Assembly (NCBI GenBank): GCA_963713865.1 | Contig: OY970208.1 | Location: 640,001-704,000, forward strand | Source of the DNA: an uncultured candidate division Zixibacteria bacterium | GTDB taxonomy: Bacteria > Zixibacteria > MSB-5A5 > RBG-16-43-9 | Reading direction: 5' to 3' | Length of the DNA: 64,000 nucleotides | Shown: in pieces, positions 20,322 to 29,186 of the stretch | Position numbering within the stretch: position 1 is the stretch's first letter | Layout of the letters: each line of letters starts with the position of its first letter | Made by a program: the position numbers and the translations under genes | Notes under the pieces: model-generated | Told to the model about the DNA's origin: nothing | Databases searched by the model: none | Seen by the model: the letters and a program-made list of their open reading frames with translations, nothing else

Positions 20322-21839
20322 TTACTTAATAAGTAAAAGTTTTTTACAATCTTTAAACTCAACTGTCCCGAAGGGATCCGTACGGACACTTAACTGATAG
20401 AAATAAATCCCACTTGACACCTCCTTCCCTGAATTGTCCTTCCCGTCCCAAACAACCTGGTAAGTTCCTGACTGTTTTTCTTCATCTACCAGAGTTTTCA
20501 CTTTTTGCCCTAGTAAATTATAAATCATCAGGGTAGTGGGGATGGGTTTGCCAAACTCCAAACTCCCAACTCTAAACTGTATTATTGTGGATGAATTAAA
20601 GGGATTAGGGTAGTTTTGGCTCAATTCAAAGTTGTGAGGAAGAGTAGTTTGTTCTTCTTCAATCGCAGTATAAGGATTTTTATAAACATAAACCCTGCCT
20701 GGAGGATAGGATGGATTATTATACCACCAGCCAGGATCGCCTACTATGGCCTCATCTACTCCATCACCATTGATGTCAGCAACACTTACTTGACTACCAT
20801 AATCACCCACTTCAGAATCATAATAATGCCAATCTTGTATTGTATCCAAAGGGTTAGAACCTAAATAGGTCCAAGCTTCCCCGCCAGCTAACGTTGGAAC
20901 CCCCGAGAGTAGATCCTCATATTTATCTTTATTAAAATTGCCAATTGCCCAGGATTGACCTCTGATACAAAGAGGCGCGTCTATTAGAGAGTCTATTGTA
21001 TTGCCTCCAAAATATGTTCCTTCAACTGTTATTATATCCTTATATCCATCTCCGTTAACATCTCCTAAAATTACAAATCCACCTTTTAATTTTACTCTTG
21101 GTATGGTGTCTAACTGCAGTCCCCCGAAATAAATATAGGTAGAGTCATCAGGATAATGCTCGCTGGTGGAAACTGCCAAATCTCCATAACCATCCCCATT
21201 CATATCCCCTATGGCTAACCCGTCAAAACCAAAATAATTCGGAGGTCCCTGTAAAACATAAGCAGGTGAGGTTGACATATCTGCCCCACCCAAATATACG
21301 TACACCCAGGTAGGACTTCCATGGATAGCAACATCATCATAACCATCCTTGTTAATATCACCCGTAGCAATATTATCTTCAAAATAAGGGGTTGCCAGAA
21401 TTTTGTCTGGAACTGTATCAAAAGGAGTACCCCCATAATAAATCCAAACCGCTGAAAATGAAAATGGAGCTACAAGCAAATCTTCAATACTATCCCCATT
21501 CACATCACCAGCAGATATGTATCTAGATGAAAAAAGAAACATAACATCAGGAATAGTATCAAAATTCTTGGAGCCAAAATAGATAAAGGTTTTCCCTACT
21601 TGCCCTACTCCTAAATCTTCAAATCCATCCTTATTTATGTCCCCTATTCCAGCTAAAACATAACCAAAATAAAGAGTATCCCTTGCCCCTTGCATTACAG
21701 CTATCTGTTGCATACCAAACTGAGCTAAAGCGGAGTTACTAAAAAGTAAACTTAATAACAAAACGATTAGAAAACTTTTCTTCTCTGACATTTCAAATCC
21801 TTGACTTATAATCTCAGTTCCTATCAATAAATTAAGCAA
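20322..21839 (-). CDS. FG-GAP repeat protein with FlgD/T9SS-like C-terminal domain (likely start MSEKK at 21791)
   Basis: Repeated 'GDxNxDGxxD'; 'QNYPNPFN'. Confidence 0.88.
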   Translation of the reverse strand: MLNLLIGTEIISQGFEMSEKKSFLIVLLLSLLFSNSALAQFGMQQIAVMQGARDTLYFGYVLAGIGDINKDGFEDLGVGQVGKTFIYFGSKNFDTIPDVMFLFSSRYISAGDVNGDSIEDLLVAPFSFSAVWIYYGGTPFDTVPDKILATPYFEDNIATGDINKDGYDDVAIHGSPTWVYVYLGGADMSTSPAYVLQGPPNYFGFDGLAIGDMNGDGYGDLAVSTSEHYPDDSTYIYFGGLQLDTIPRVKLKGGFVILGDVNGDGYKDIITVEGTYFGGNTIDSLIDAPLCIRGQSWAIGNFNKDKYEDLLSGVPTLAGGEAWTYLGSNPLDTIQDWHYYDSEVGDYGSQVSVADINGDGVDEAIVGDPGWWYNNPSYPPGRVYVYKNPYTAIEEEQTTLPHNFELSQNYPNPFNSSTIIQFRVGSLEFGKPIPTTLMIYNLLGQKVKTLVDEEKQSGTYQVVWDGKDNSGKEVSSGIYFYQLSVRTDPFGTVEFKDCKKLLLIK

Positions 21840-23032
21840 AATATCTATTTAGTCAACAGTTATTTGATTAACAAAAGTTTTTTACAATCTTTAAAACTGC
21901 CTGCCTTTAACTGATAGAAATATATTCCACTCGACACCTCCTTTCCTGAATTGTCCTTCCCATCCCAGATGATACTGTAACTACCTGGGGATTTATCTTC
22001 ATCTACCAATGTCTTAACCAACTGCCCCTGAATATTATAAATCTTTAAGGTGATGTGGATGGGCCTCATAGCTCCAAGCTCCAAGCTACCAGCTTGGAAG
22101 GGTATGGTGGTGGAGAGGTTGAATGGATTGGGATAGTTTTGACCCAAAGCAAAAATAGAGGGTAATTGCTGTGCTTCATCTTCAACCGCTGTATATGGAT
22201 TCTTATAAATATAAACCCTGCCTGGTGGATAGGATGGGTTATTATACCACCAACCAGGGTCTCCTACAATTGCTTCATCCACTCCATCCCCATTAATATC
22301 TACCGCTCCTACCTGATCGCCGTATGCACCTACCTCATAATCACGATAGTGCCAATCCTCTATTGTATCTAAGGGATTACCACCTAAATAAATTACTGCA
22401 TCACCACCAACTATAGAGCCAGAGCCCCATAGATAATCCTCATATCCATCTTTATTAAAATTACCAATGACATTAGAGCGACCCCTTGTAAAAAGAGGTG
22501 AGTCCATTACTGAATCTATGGTAACTCCTCCAAAATAAGTTCCTTTATCTGTTATCAAATCCATATAACCATCTCCATTCATATCTCCTAATATAACATC
22601 CCCCCCCCTCAACTTCAATCCGGGAATTGTATCTAACTGCACTCCACCGAAATAAATATAGGTAGAGTCATCAGGATAATGCTCGCTGGTGGAAACTGCC
22701 AAATCTCCATAACCATCCCCATTCATATCCCCTATGGCTAACCCGTCAAAACCAAAATAATTCGGAGGTCCCTGTAAAACATAAGCAGGTGAGGTTGACA
22801 TATCTGCCCCACCCAAATATACGTACACCCAGGTAGGACTTCCATGGATAGCAACATCATCATAACCATCCTTGTTAATATCACCCGTAGCAATATTATC
22901 TTCAAAATAAGGGGTTGCCAGAATTTTGTCTGGAACTGTATCAAAAGGAGTACCCCCATAATAAATCCAAACCGCTGAAAATGAAAATGGAGCTACAAGC
23001 AAATCTTCAATACTATCCCCATTCACATCACC
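21124..23032. repeat. Identical 386-bp direct repeat (21124-21509 = 22647-23032) within otherwise diverged paralogs
   Basis: Compared by eye, offset 1523; identical shadow ORFs 21215..21436 and 22738..22959. Confidence 0.9.
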
Positions 23033-23350
23033 GGAAGATATATATACAGATGAAAAAGGAAACACTATATCCGGGATGGTATCAAAGTTTTTTGAACCAA
23101 AATATAGAAAGGTCCTACCCACTTGCCCAATACCTAAATCTTCGAATCCATCTTTATTTATATCACCTATTCCAGCTAGAATATAACCAAAGTAAAGGTT
23201 GTCAGTCGCCCCCTGCATTGTAGCTATCAGTTGCATATCAAATTGGGCAAAAGCAGGGCTACAAAAAACTAAGCAAAAAAGCAAAAGAGTTAAAAATTCT
23301 TTTTTCTCTAACATTTCTACCATTTTCACTTTTTTAAAGATTGACCTCAT
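21860..23350 (-). CDS. FG-GAP repeat protein with FlgD/T9SS-like C-terminal domain (tandem paralog)
   Basis: Same architecture as 20322..21839. Confidence 0.88.
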   Translation of the reverse strand: MRSIFKKVKMVEMLEKKEFLTLLLFCLVFCSPAFAQFDMQLIATMQGATDNLYFGYILAGIGDINKDGFEDLGIGQVGRTFLYFGSKNFDTIPDIVFPFSSVYISSGDVNGDSIEDLLVAPFSFSAVWIYYGGTPFDTVPDKILATPYFEDNIATGDINKDGYDDVAIHGSPTWVYVYLGGADMSTSPAYVLQGPPNYFGFDGLAIGDMNGDGYGDLAVSTSEHYPDDSTYIYFGGVQLDTIPGLKLRGGDVILGDMNGDGYMDLITDKGTYFGGVTIDSVMDSPLFTRGRSNVIGNFNKDGYEDYLWGSGSIVGGDAVIYLGGNPLDTIEDWHYRDYEVGAYGDQVGAVDINGDGVDEAIVGDPGWWYNNPSYPPGRVYIYKNPYTAVEDEAQQLPSIFALGQNYPNPFNLSTTIPFQAGSLELGAMRPIHITLKIYNIQGQLVKTLVDEDKSPGSYSIIWDGKDNSGKEVSSGIYFYQLKAGSFKDCKKLLLIK

Positions 23351-23378
23351 TCTTACAATACATTATCCTCTTAAAAAA

Positions 23379-24071
23379 TCAAGAGATTTTTTCAATGAGG
23401 ACAAAAATTCTTTTTAAACTAATTTCCGGTATTTCAAAAAATTTTACATCCTTAATCTGCAATTTCAGGTTTTCAAATCCCTCCAGAAGCTCTATTATTT
23501 CAGTTTTATAGGAGCTCCCCTTATAAGCCACTAAAATCCCTCCTTGCTTTAGAAAAGGGTAAGAATTATTGATTGTGTCTTTCACTTTCCCGAAAGCTTT
23601 GGCAGTAACAAAATCAAAACTCTCTTTGAATCCCTGTAACTCCGGCAAATTTTCAATCCTTTCTTGAAAAACGGTTATATCTTTCAAGCCCAAAAACTCG
23701 ATCATCTTTTTCAGGAATAAAGTCTTTTTACGGATAGACTCAACCAGTGTAATATCTAAATCCTCTCTTAAGATTTTCATTGGAATTGCAGGAAATCCTG
23801 CGCCTGAGCCTAAATCCATGATTTTTGAGCTTTGCGGAATCTGGAGAGCTTTAAAGATTAAAAGTGAATCAAAAAAATGTCTGTAGATATCCTCTGGCTT
23901 ATCTTTTTTTCTGGAGATTAGGTTAATTTTTTTATTCCAGGAGGAAAGCTCATTCAGATACAGGTTAAATTTTTCTTGAGATTTTAAAGAAAGATTTATA
24001 TCAAGGTAGGTTTTTAAAAGCTTTTTAAATTCTTCCATAGAAATATTATCAGTATGTTTCACGTGAAACAT
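23379..24071 (-). CDS. rsmG: 16S rRNA m7G527 methyltransferase RsmG
   Basis: 'WN..INL', 'HFFDSL', 'DLGSGAGFP'; follows mnmG; start uncertain. Confidence 0.95.
   Translation of the reverse strand: MFHVKHTDNISMEEFKKLLKTYLDINLSLKSQEKFNLYLNELSSWNKKINLISRKKDKPEDIYRHFFDSLLIFKALQIPQSSKIMDLGSGAGFPAIPMKILREDLDITLVESIRKKTLFLKKMIEFLGLKDITVFQERIENLPELQGFKESFDFVTAKAFGKVKDTINNSYPFLKQGGILVAYKGSSYKTEIIELLEGFENLKLQIKDVKFFEIPEISLKRIFVLIEKIS
24055..24070. promoter_or_regulatory. parS: parS centromere-like site
   Basis: Perfect TGTTTCACGTGAAACA. Confidence 0.95.
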
Positions 24072-24077
24072 TCCCCT

Positions 24078-25970
24078 TTAAGCAGGTGTATCTTTAGAAA
24101 ATACACCGCTTTTGGAAATAAACTGTTTCAGATAGACCATAAGAACGGCAATATCTCCTGGAGATACTCCTGAGATCCTCGATGCCTGTCCGATAGATCT
24201 GGGTTTTATTCTCATTAATTTTTCTTTTGCCTCCCTTTTAAAACCTTTGAGATTGGTATAATCGAACTCATCCGGGATGACCATATTCTCTAACTTCTTG
24301 TATTTCTCTATCTCCTTTAGTTCCCTTTGAATATAACCGTCATATTTTATTTCTATCTCCACTTTTTCTTTTACGATTTCCGGGAGTTCCTGAGGAACCT
24401 GGTCAATCTTAGCTAAATCTTCATAAGTTATCTCTGGCATTTTCAGAGCATAGGCTAAAGAGACCCTTTTCCCGTTTTTCTCTTCTTCTAAGAACTTGCC
24501 AAATGAGTTTAAAGGTACAAAAACCTGCTTCAATCTTTCCTTTTCCTCTTCAATTATTTTCTTATTTTCTTTAAATTCCTTGTATGCCTCATCTGAAATC
24601 AGATTATATTTATGACCATAATTTATAAGTCTATCATCCGCATTATCTTCTCTTAAAATTAATCTGTGCTCCGCCCTGGAAGTGAACATTCTGTAAGGCT
24701 CAGAAGTTCCTTTGGTAACCAGATCATCAATCAAAACACCGATATACGCTTGACTCCGATCTAAGATAAATGGCTTCTCTTTTCTTAATTTAAGAACAGC
24801 ATTTATCCCTGCAATAATCCCCTGTGCACCTGCTTCTTCATACCCTGAGGTTCCATTTATCTGGCCGGCAAAGAAAAGGTTCTCAACTAATTTCGTCTCC
24901 AAATTTGGCTTGAGCTGAGTTGGAGAGAAGAAATCATACTCAATCGCATATCCGGGTCTGGTCATCTCCACCTTTTCCAAACCGTGGACTGTTCTTAAAG
25001 CTTTTAGCTGAACATCTTCAGGCAAAGATGTGGCAAATCCATTAACATAATACTCTGTAGTATTATCACCTTCCGGCTCTAAGAAAAGCTGATGCCTGAC
25101 CTTTTCTTTAAATTTCACCACTTTATCTTCAATTGAAGGGCAATATCTGGGACCTACCCCTTTTATTACACCGCTAAAAAGAGGTGAGCGGTCCAGGTTC
25201 TTTAAAATGAATTTATGCGTAAGTTCATTTGTATAAGTCAGATAACAGGGATAATCCTTATGCTCTAAGCTTTTTGTTCTCATGGAGAAAGGTTTGATAT
25301 TATTATCCCCTAACTGAGGAATAGTTTTGGAGAAATCAACTGTTTTACCGTCAATTCTCGGAGGGGTTCCGGTCTTAAGTCTGCCAATCTCAAAGCCAAT
25401 CTCCTTAAGTTTATCTGAAACTTTTAAAGAAGGGAATTCACCAGCCCTTCCGGCAGGGAAGTTTACTAACCCAATATGAATTAACCCATTAAGAAAAGTC
25501 CCTGCAGTTAATATGACCGCATCTCCAAAATAAATAGTCCCAACTGATGATAAAACACCCCTAACTTTATTATTCTCTATAATAATCTCCTCAATATTCC
25601 CCTGTTTTAAAACCAGATTCCTTTGATTTTCTAAGGAGTTCCTCATAGCCATCTTATAAGCCACCCTATCACACTGAGCCCTTGAGGACCAGACCGCTGG
25701 ACCTTTTTTCTTGTTCAGGGTCTTGAACTGGATATAGGTTTTGTCTGTTACATACCCCATTTCTCCGCCAAGGGCATCGATCTCCCGGACTAAATGCCCC
25801 TTTGCCTGCCCTCCAATAGCAGGATTACAGGACATCTGGGCAATAGTCTCTTTATTCATAGTCAAAAGCAAAGTCTTACACCCCATCCGGGCAGATGCTA
25901 AAGCGGCCTCACACCCCGCATGCCCTGCGCCGATGACTATAACTTCAAATCTTTCTTCGTATTCAATCAT
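24078..25970 (-). CDS. mnmG: tRNA modification enzyme MnmG (GidA)
   Basis: 'GAGHAGCEAA', 'MSCNPAIGG', 'GPRYCPSIEDK', 'AGQINGTSGYEEA'. Confidence 0.98.
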   Translation of the reverse strand: MIEYEERFEVIVIGAGHAGCEAALASARMGCKTLLLTMNKETIAQMSCNPAIGGQAKGHLVREIDALGGEMGYVTDKTYIQFKTLNKKKGPAVWSSRAQCDRVAYKMAMRNSLENQRNLVLKQGNIEEIIIENNKVRGVLSSVGTIYFGDAVILTAGTFLNGLIHIGLVNFPAGRAGEFPSLKVSDKLKEIGFEIGRLKTGTPPRIDGKTVDFSKTIPQLGDNNIKPFSMRTKSLEHKDYPCYLTYTNELTHKFILKNLDRSPLFSGVIKGVGPRYCPSIEDKVVKFKEKVRHQLFLEPEGDNTTEYYVNGFATSLPEDVQLKALRTVHGLEKVEMTRPGYAIEYDFFSPTQLKPNLETKLVENLFFAGQINGTSGYEEAGAQGIIAGINAVLKLRKEKPFILDRSQAYIGVLIDDLVTKGTSEPYRMFTSRAEHRLILREDNADDRLINYGHKYNLISDEAYKEFKENKKIIEEEKERLKQVFVPLNSFGKFLEEEKNGKRVSLAYALKMPEITYEDLAKIDQVPQELPEIVKEKVEIEIKYDGYIQRELKEIEKYKKLENMVIPDEFDYTNLKGFKREAKEKLMRIKPRSIGQASRISGVSPGDIAVLMVYLKQFISKSGVFSKDTPA

Positions 25971-25982
25971 GGTTACATAAAA

Positions 25983-25998
25983 TGTTTCACGTGAAACT
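25983..25998. promoter_or_regulatory. parS: parS site overlapping the putative mnmG promoter
   Basis: TGTTTCACGTGAAACT (15/16); TTGACA on minus strand at 26002-26007. Confidence 0.88.
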
Positions 25999-26017
25999 TA
26001 TTGTCAAGGGAATAATT

Positions 26018-26053
26018 ACCTAACAAACAATTAAATAATCATACTTGTTGGGT
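26018..26053 (-). other. Minimal attC-like palindrome
   Basis: Minus strand: ACCCAAC-22 nt-GTTAGGT within a ttacc(c/t)aacaa inverted repeat. Confidence 0.5.
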
Positions 26054-26072
26054 AACTTTGAATGAACAAGTC

Positions 26073-26195
26073 TTATAACTCATCCAGGCAGATGCAAAAC
26101 CGCTTAGCGCCAGCGATACCCTGCTGGCAAATGAGGCGGCAATTGACAATCAGGTTTATCCTCTTGCTGGCGTCCGGCTGATGCGCTGGTTGGGC
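26073..26195 (-). other. attC site (degenerate right arm)
   Basis: Minus strand: GCCCAAC cagcgcatcagccggacgccagc...gctggcgc...GTTATAA. Confidence 0.65.
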
Positions 26196-26381
26196 GCTTT
26201 GCAACTATCTATATGGTACTCTATTGATATGTTTATTTAGCGGACGCTAAATATTTCCCGGGTTCGTTATTTCCCATATCACTTCCACCCCCCCTTACTT
26301 TCAGAATATTCTCAAACTATATTTTTGTTTACTTTGGGCAGCTTCAATAACTCTTTACGATTTATTCTCATCTTACTTTTT

Positions 26382-26756
26382 TTACCTGTCCTTAGTTCCG
26401 GCTGCAGGAATCTTCCTCAGCTTCATGATAAGGGATAAAATACCCAGTCCTATTAGCAGAGCGATGATGCCATAAACCCACCAGGGGATGTTCCGCCCAA
26501 AGAAGATCACATAGATAAAGGGCGCTACGGTAGCGCATAGAAAGATTGCGGTCCAGAGTATGACTTTTTTCCAGAGCTTTTTGGTGAGGGATTGAATGGT
26601 GCGAAATAATGAATAGTAGAATACCGGCGCACAAACCAGGTAAATAATCAGGAATACAACCGGATTGACACCATAATCATCACGAGCCATCTGTAATAGT
26701 TCCTCTATCTTTGATATTACATAATCTAACATCCTCTGATATCTCCATTCATTCAA
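26382..26756 (-). CDS. Cassette gene: small 3-TM membrane protein
   Basis: Three hydrophobic segments; bounded by GTTGGGT and GCCCAAC. Confidence 0.7.
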   Translation of the reverse strand: MNEWRYQRMLDYVISKIEELLQMARDDYGVNPVVFLIIYLVCAPVFYYSLFRTIQSLTKKLWKKVILWTAIFLCATVAPFIYVIFFGRNIPWWVYGIIALLIGLGILSLIMKLRKIPAAGTKDR

Positions 26757-26773
26757 TAATACAAGTGTTTAGC

Positions 26774-26831
26774 ACCCAACTGACCCGCTTCACCTACCCG
26801 AAGGGTGGTCGGATGCAACCACTTGTTGGGC
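26774..26831 (-). other. attC site (58 bp)
   Basis: Minus strand: GCCCAAC aagtggttgcatccgaccacccttcgggtaggtgaagcgggtca GTTGGGT. Confidence 0.8.
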
Positions 26832-26875
26832 ATCGGCAAGACATCACATCTATCCTGATTCGTCTCAAAGTCTAA

Positions 26876-27052
26876 TCAGCCTAACTTCTCGACAATAAAA
26901 AGAAAGTCCACCCGATGCGCCCAGGGAAACCCGAGCGTAACGTTCGGGAATATTGAGATGACTTCACCCTCCAGGCCGTTCAGGAATTGCTCTAATTTGT
27001 TCTGGTCGCTTGTCATCCTGATATCGAACCGGTGCACCCTGTATTTCATCAT
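26876..27052 (-). CDS. Small hypothetical protein, 58 aa (MMKYRVHRFDIRMTSDQNKLEQFLNGLEGEVISIFPNV...)
   Basis: Hand-translated; SD AAGGAG; below the ORF-track cutoff. Confidence 0.7.
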   Translation of the reverse strand: MMKYRVHRFDIRMTSDQNKLEQFLNGLEGEVISIFPNVTLGFPWAHRVDFLFIVEKLG

Positions 27053-27100
27053 CCTGACTCCTTTTTAAATAATTTACTATCTGTTTATACTACTACCAAG

Positions 27101-27631
27101 TTATGTACCTAACGAGATGCGCTGTATTGTTTTCACTGTATCATTTTCATAATTCGCCACGTCGAGTATCGCAATGCGTCCTGCTATCGCAAACTCCTCC
27201 TTGTTCCAACTTTCAGCCATTTCGATGCACTTTAGCGGGTCTTTTGAGTTCCCTATTCCCATATGCGGAACAAAGTTGGCAAAGAGCGCACGATGTGGAA
27301 ATAGCTTATCAGCGTATAGTTTGTCGTGGAGCTTTACGATTTTGCTGTACCCTTCATCTGGCACCAGAAAAGTGTGATAATTATCGTTGAAGGAATCTTT
27401 ATTGAGAACAGCACAGCGCAGGCAGAACTCAAATGGTCGAACTCCTTGCACTTGCTTCACGATTTCCGAGATAAAAGGTTTGGCTTCCCAACCTTTACGT
27501 ATAGGAAATACAAGCGCAAAATGTGGCTCGACCACATGGTAATATAACTCGTCATTACGTTTTCGGAATTCCTGTATCCGCTCATAATCGCTTTTTTTAA
27601 TTTCTGGATACGCAAGCACTAATAGTGCCAT
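27101..27631 (-). CDS. Cassette gene: 2H phosphoesterase (2'-5' RNA ligase family)
   Basis: Two His motifs 'PHFAL' and 'FVPHMGIG' about 85 aa apart; stop lies within ACATAAC. Confidence 0.7.
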   Translation of the reverse strand: MALLVLAYPEIKKSDYERIQEFRKRNDELYYHVVEPHFALVFPIRKGWEAKPFISEIVKQVQGVRPFEFCLRCAVLNKDSFNDNYHTFLVPDEGYSKIVKLHDKLYADKLFPHRALFANFVPHMGIGNSKDPLKCIEMAESWNKEEFAIAGRIAILDVANYENDTVKTIQRISLGT

Positions 27632-27684
27632 AGCTATTACTCCCCATTATGAAAGTTGATTTGAAAACTTTCTTGCATTTCGCT

Positions 27685-27704
27685 GCCTAACGCCATTGTT
27701 GGCC
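27685..27704 (-). other. Collapsed attC (R'' and R' 6 nt apart)
   Basis: Minus strand: GGCCAAC aatggc GTTAGGC. Confidence 0.55.
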
Positions 27705-27845
27705 ACTTTTCTTTTCACGGCTTTCTTGATAAATCGAGCCTCTTTTTCTCCCTCTTCATTCCGAATCTGGATCCTGTGGACCGGAAGGAGCCAGAGGTGC
27801 TCCTCCATCGTCTCAAACCAGTCTGGCATGTTTCGGTTCCTATAT

Positions 27846-27935
27846 GGTCAACTATGCGGATGAACCGCTCCGGTGAGACCGTCCGCGCTTTATACGGGTC
27901 GGCCGAAACCGGTTGGTAGGTAAAAACCGTTAAAT
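27846..27935 (-). other. attC site (degenerate)
   Basis: Minus strand: ATTTAAC...ccggtttcggccgacccg / cggacggtctcaccgg...GTTGACC, just after the 27941 stop. Confidence 0.6.
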
Positions 27936-27940
27936 GGACA

Positions 27941-28279
27941 TCAATTTTCTGATTTGGAACGTCTCCCAAACCAATAACCCAATAAGGGACCAACTAAGCT
28001 CACCATTACTTCAGTATTGATGAAATTAAAAATGCGCAAGGAGACAATTCCGGCAAAAATTATTAAGGCAAATAAATATGCGGCCCATAAAGATTGAATA
28101 CGATACGAATGATTCCTGGGTACGTTACTGGAATGAGCCTCTATAAAGGTCTTAATAGAAGTTCGAATTTCCTTACTATTCAGAAGGTCAGCGATAGCTA
28201 ACCAAGCTTCATCAGAAGGAGGAATTTCTTCATTAGGTTCTTTTTCAATTGGTTCTTGTTTCTCATCATCTTTGTTCAT
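27941..28279 (-). CDS. Cassette gene: hypothetical protein with two C-terminal TM helices
   Basis: SD GGAGG; preceded by GTTAGGC. Confidence 0.75.
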   Translation of the reverse strand: MNKDDEKQEPIEKEPNEEIPPSDEAWLAIADLLNSKEIRTSIKTFIEAHSSNVPRNHSYRIQSLWAAYLFALIIFAGIVSLRIFNFINTEVMVSLVGPLLGYWFGRRSKSEN

Positions 28280-28310
28280 ATCGAATCTCCTCCAAGTTTT
28301 TTTTATAGAG

Positions 28311-28377
28311 GCCTAACATGGGTTTATCTATACTAATTAAATTGCGATCGTTGGCTTTCTCAACCATATAAACCTCC
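28311..28377 (-). repeat. attI-like site, copy 1
   Basis: Minus strand: gcaatttaattagtatAGATAAAcccatGTTAGGC; homologous to 29849-29915 and 32258-32327. Confidence 0.7.
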
Positions 28378-28391
28378 TTTATTTGTATCTT

Positions 28392-28459
28392 CTATTTCCC
28401 TATACAAGACTCCGAAAAAATCTTGTCCAGGATATCTTCAGTACAACTTTCCCTAAATC
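28392..28459 (-). repeat. Diverged copy of the mnmE 3' end (33701-33770)
   Basis: About 62/70 identity including the stop codon (TAG vs TAA), two 1-nt deletions. Confidence 0.9.
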
Positions 28460-28539
28460 TGCAAGAGCCGAGCCGTTTTACGTTGTTATGTGATGAAACC
28501 GGTAGTTTTTCTTTATTCATAAAACCTATAAGCTCTAAT
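28456..28539 (-). repeat. Constant array-terminal segment (copy of 29931-30015)
   Basis: ~84-bp near-identical repeat; minus strand (G/A)TTAGAGcttataggttttatgaat...gcagatt. Confidence 0.9.
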
Positions 28540-28624
28540 GCAGAGGTAAGCGGCGGGCGAGTTATAGTCTTCCAGAAAAATCAAACCATGTTCAACGCCC
28601 GTCCGCTTGACCGAATTGTTCGGC
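28533..28624 (-). other. attC site with mutated core (ATTAGAG)
   Basis: Minus strand: GCCGAAC aattcggtcaagcggacgggcg...cgcccgccgcttacctctgc ATTAGAG. Confidence 0.85.
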
Positions 28625-28633
28625 AATTTCCGT

Positions 28634-29077
28634 CTATCTCCATAGGTAGCCTGCCTCCTTTGCTTTGGCTACCAAGCTGGAATACGACTCAACCTCAATA
28701 AATGGCGCCCACTGACCATACTTCTTTTCTAATGAACCATCTTGGTGTTTAACGATGTGCCAATAAGGTAACCAAACTGATGAAGAACCCTTATCAATTG
28801 ACTCGACGATAACCAAGAATGGATAAAATTCGACCTTGCCACCATTTCCGTTCGACCAACTTACGATCTGATCAGGGAGAAAGGCTGTCAAAACCCTACA
28901 GTGATGCTGACCAGCACCCAAACCAAAATTGAAAGTAAGTTCAATGCTCATGGGCAACGCGCACGATTCGCATGCGTGCCCTTGGCCATTGGCATGATCA
29001 TGGAGAGCAACAAATAGATTTGCTATCCAGGTTTTCTTATGACACGCCCCACAGACATAATATCTCTGCGTTGCCAT
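28634..29077 (-). CDS. Cassette gene: Zn-ribbon (CxxC...CxxC) hypothetical protein
   Basis: 'CGAC', 'CESC'; bounded by GTTGGGC and GCCGAAC. Confidence 0.75.
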   Translation of the reverse strand: MATQRYYVCGACHKKTWIANLFVALHDHANGQGHACESCALPMSIELTFNFGLGAGQHHCRVLTAFLPDQIVSWSNGNGGKVEFYPFLVIVESIDKGSSSVWLPYWHIVKHQDGSLEKKYGQWAPFIEVESYSSLVAKAKEAGYLWR

Positions 29078-29099
29078 CTTGGATTCCTACTTGTGTGTG

Positions 29100-29186
29100 G
29101 CCCAACGCGGTGTTAATCTGCGAGGTGAACTTTTAGCCCAATTTGAAGTCCTCCAGTACAGAGTTAGCTTGAACACGTTGTTAGCC
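29100..29186 (-). other. attC site
   Basis: Minus strand: GGCTAAC (contains the stop codon) aacgtgttcaagct...cagattaacaccgc GTTGGGC. Confidence 0.75.

Noticed and set aside
21124-23032. Diversity-generating retroelement TR/VR pair
   Set aside because: The copies are identical with no adenine-specific mismatches, and no reverse transcriptase is in the window.
24054-24071. 'MFHVKH' as a meaningful RsmG N-terminus
   Set aside because: It is the translation of the parS palindrome; the true start may be downstream (MEEFKK).
27647-27829. 60-aa ORF as an intact cassette gene
   Set aside because: It reads through the collapsed attC; probably a remnant, so not listed as a CDS.
28423-28701. 92-aa plus-strand ORF
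   Set aside because: Spans the mnmE fragment, the constant flank and an attC; spurious.
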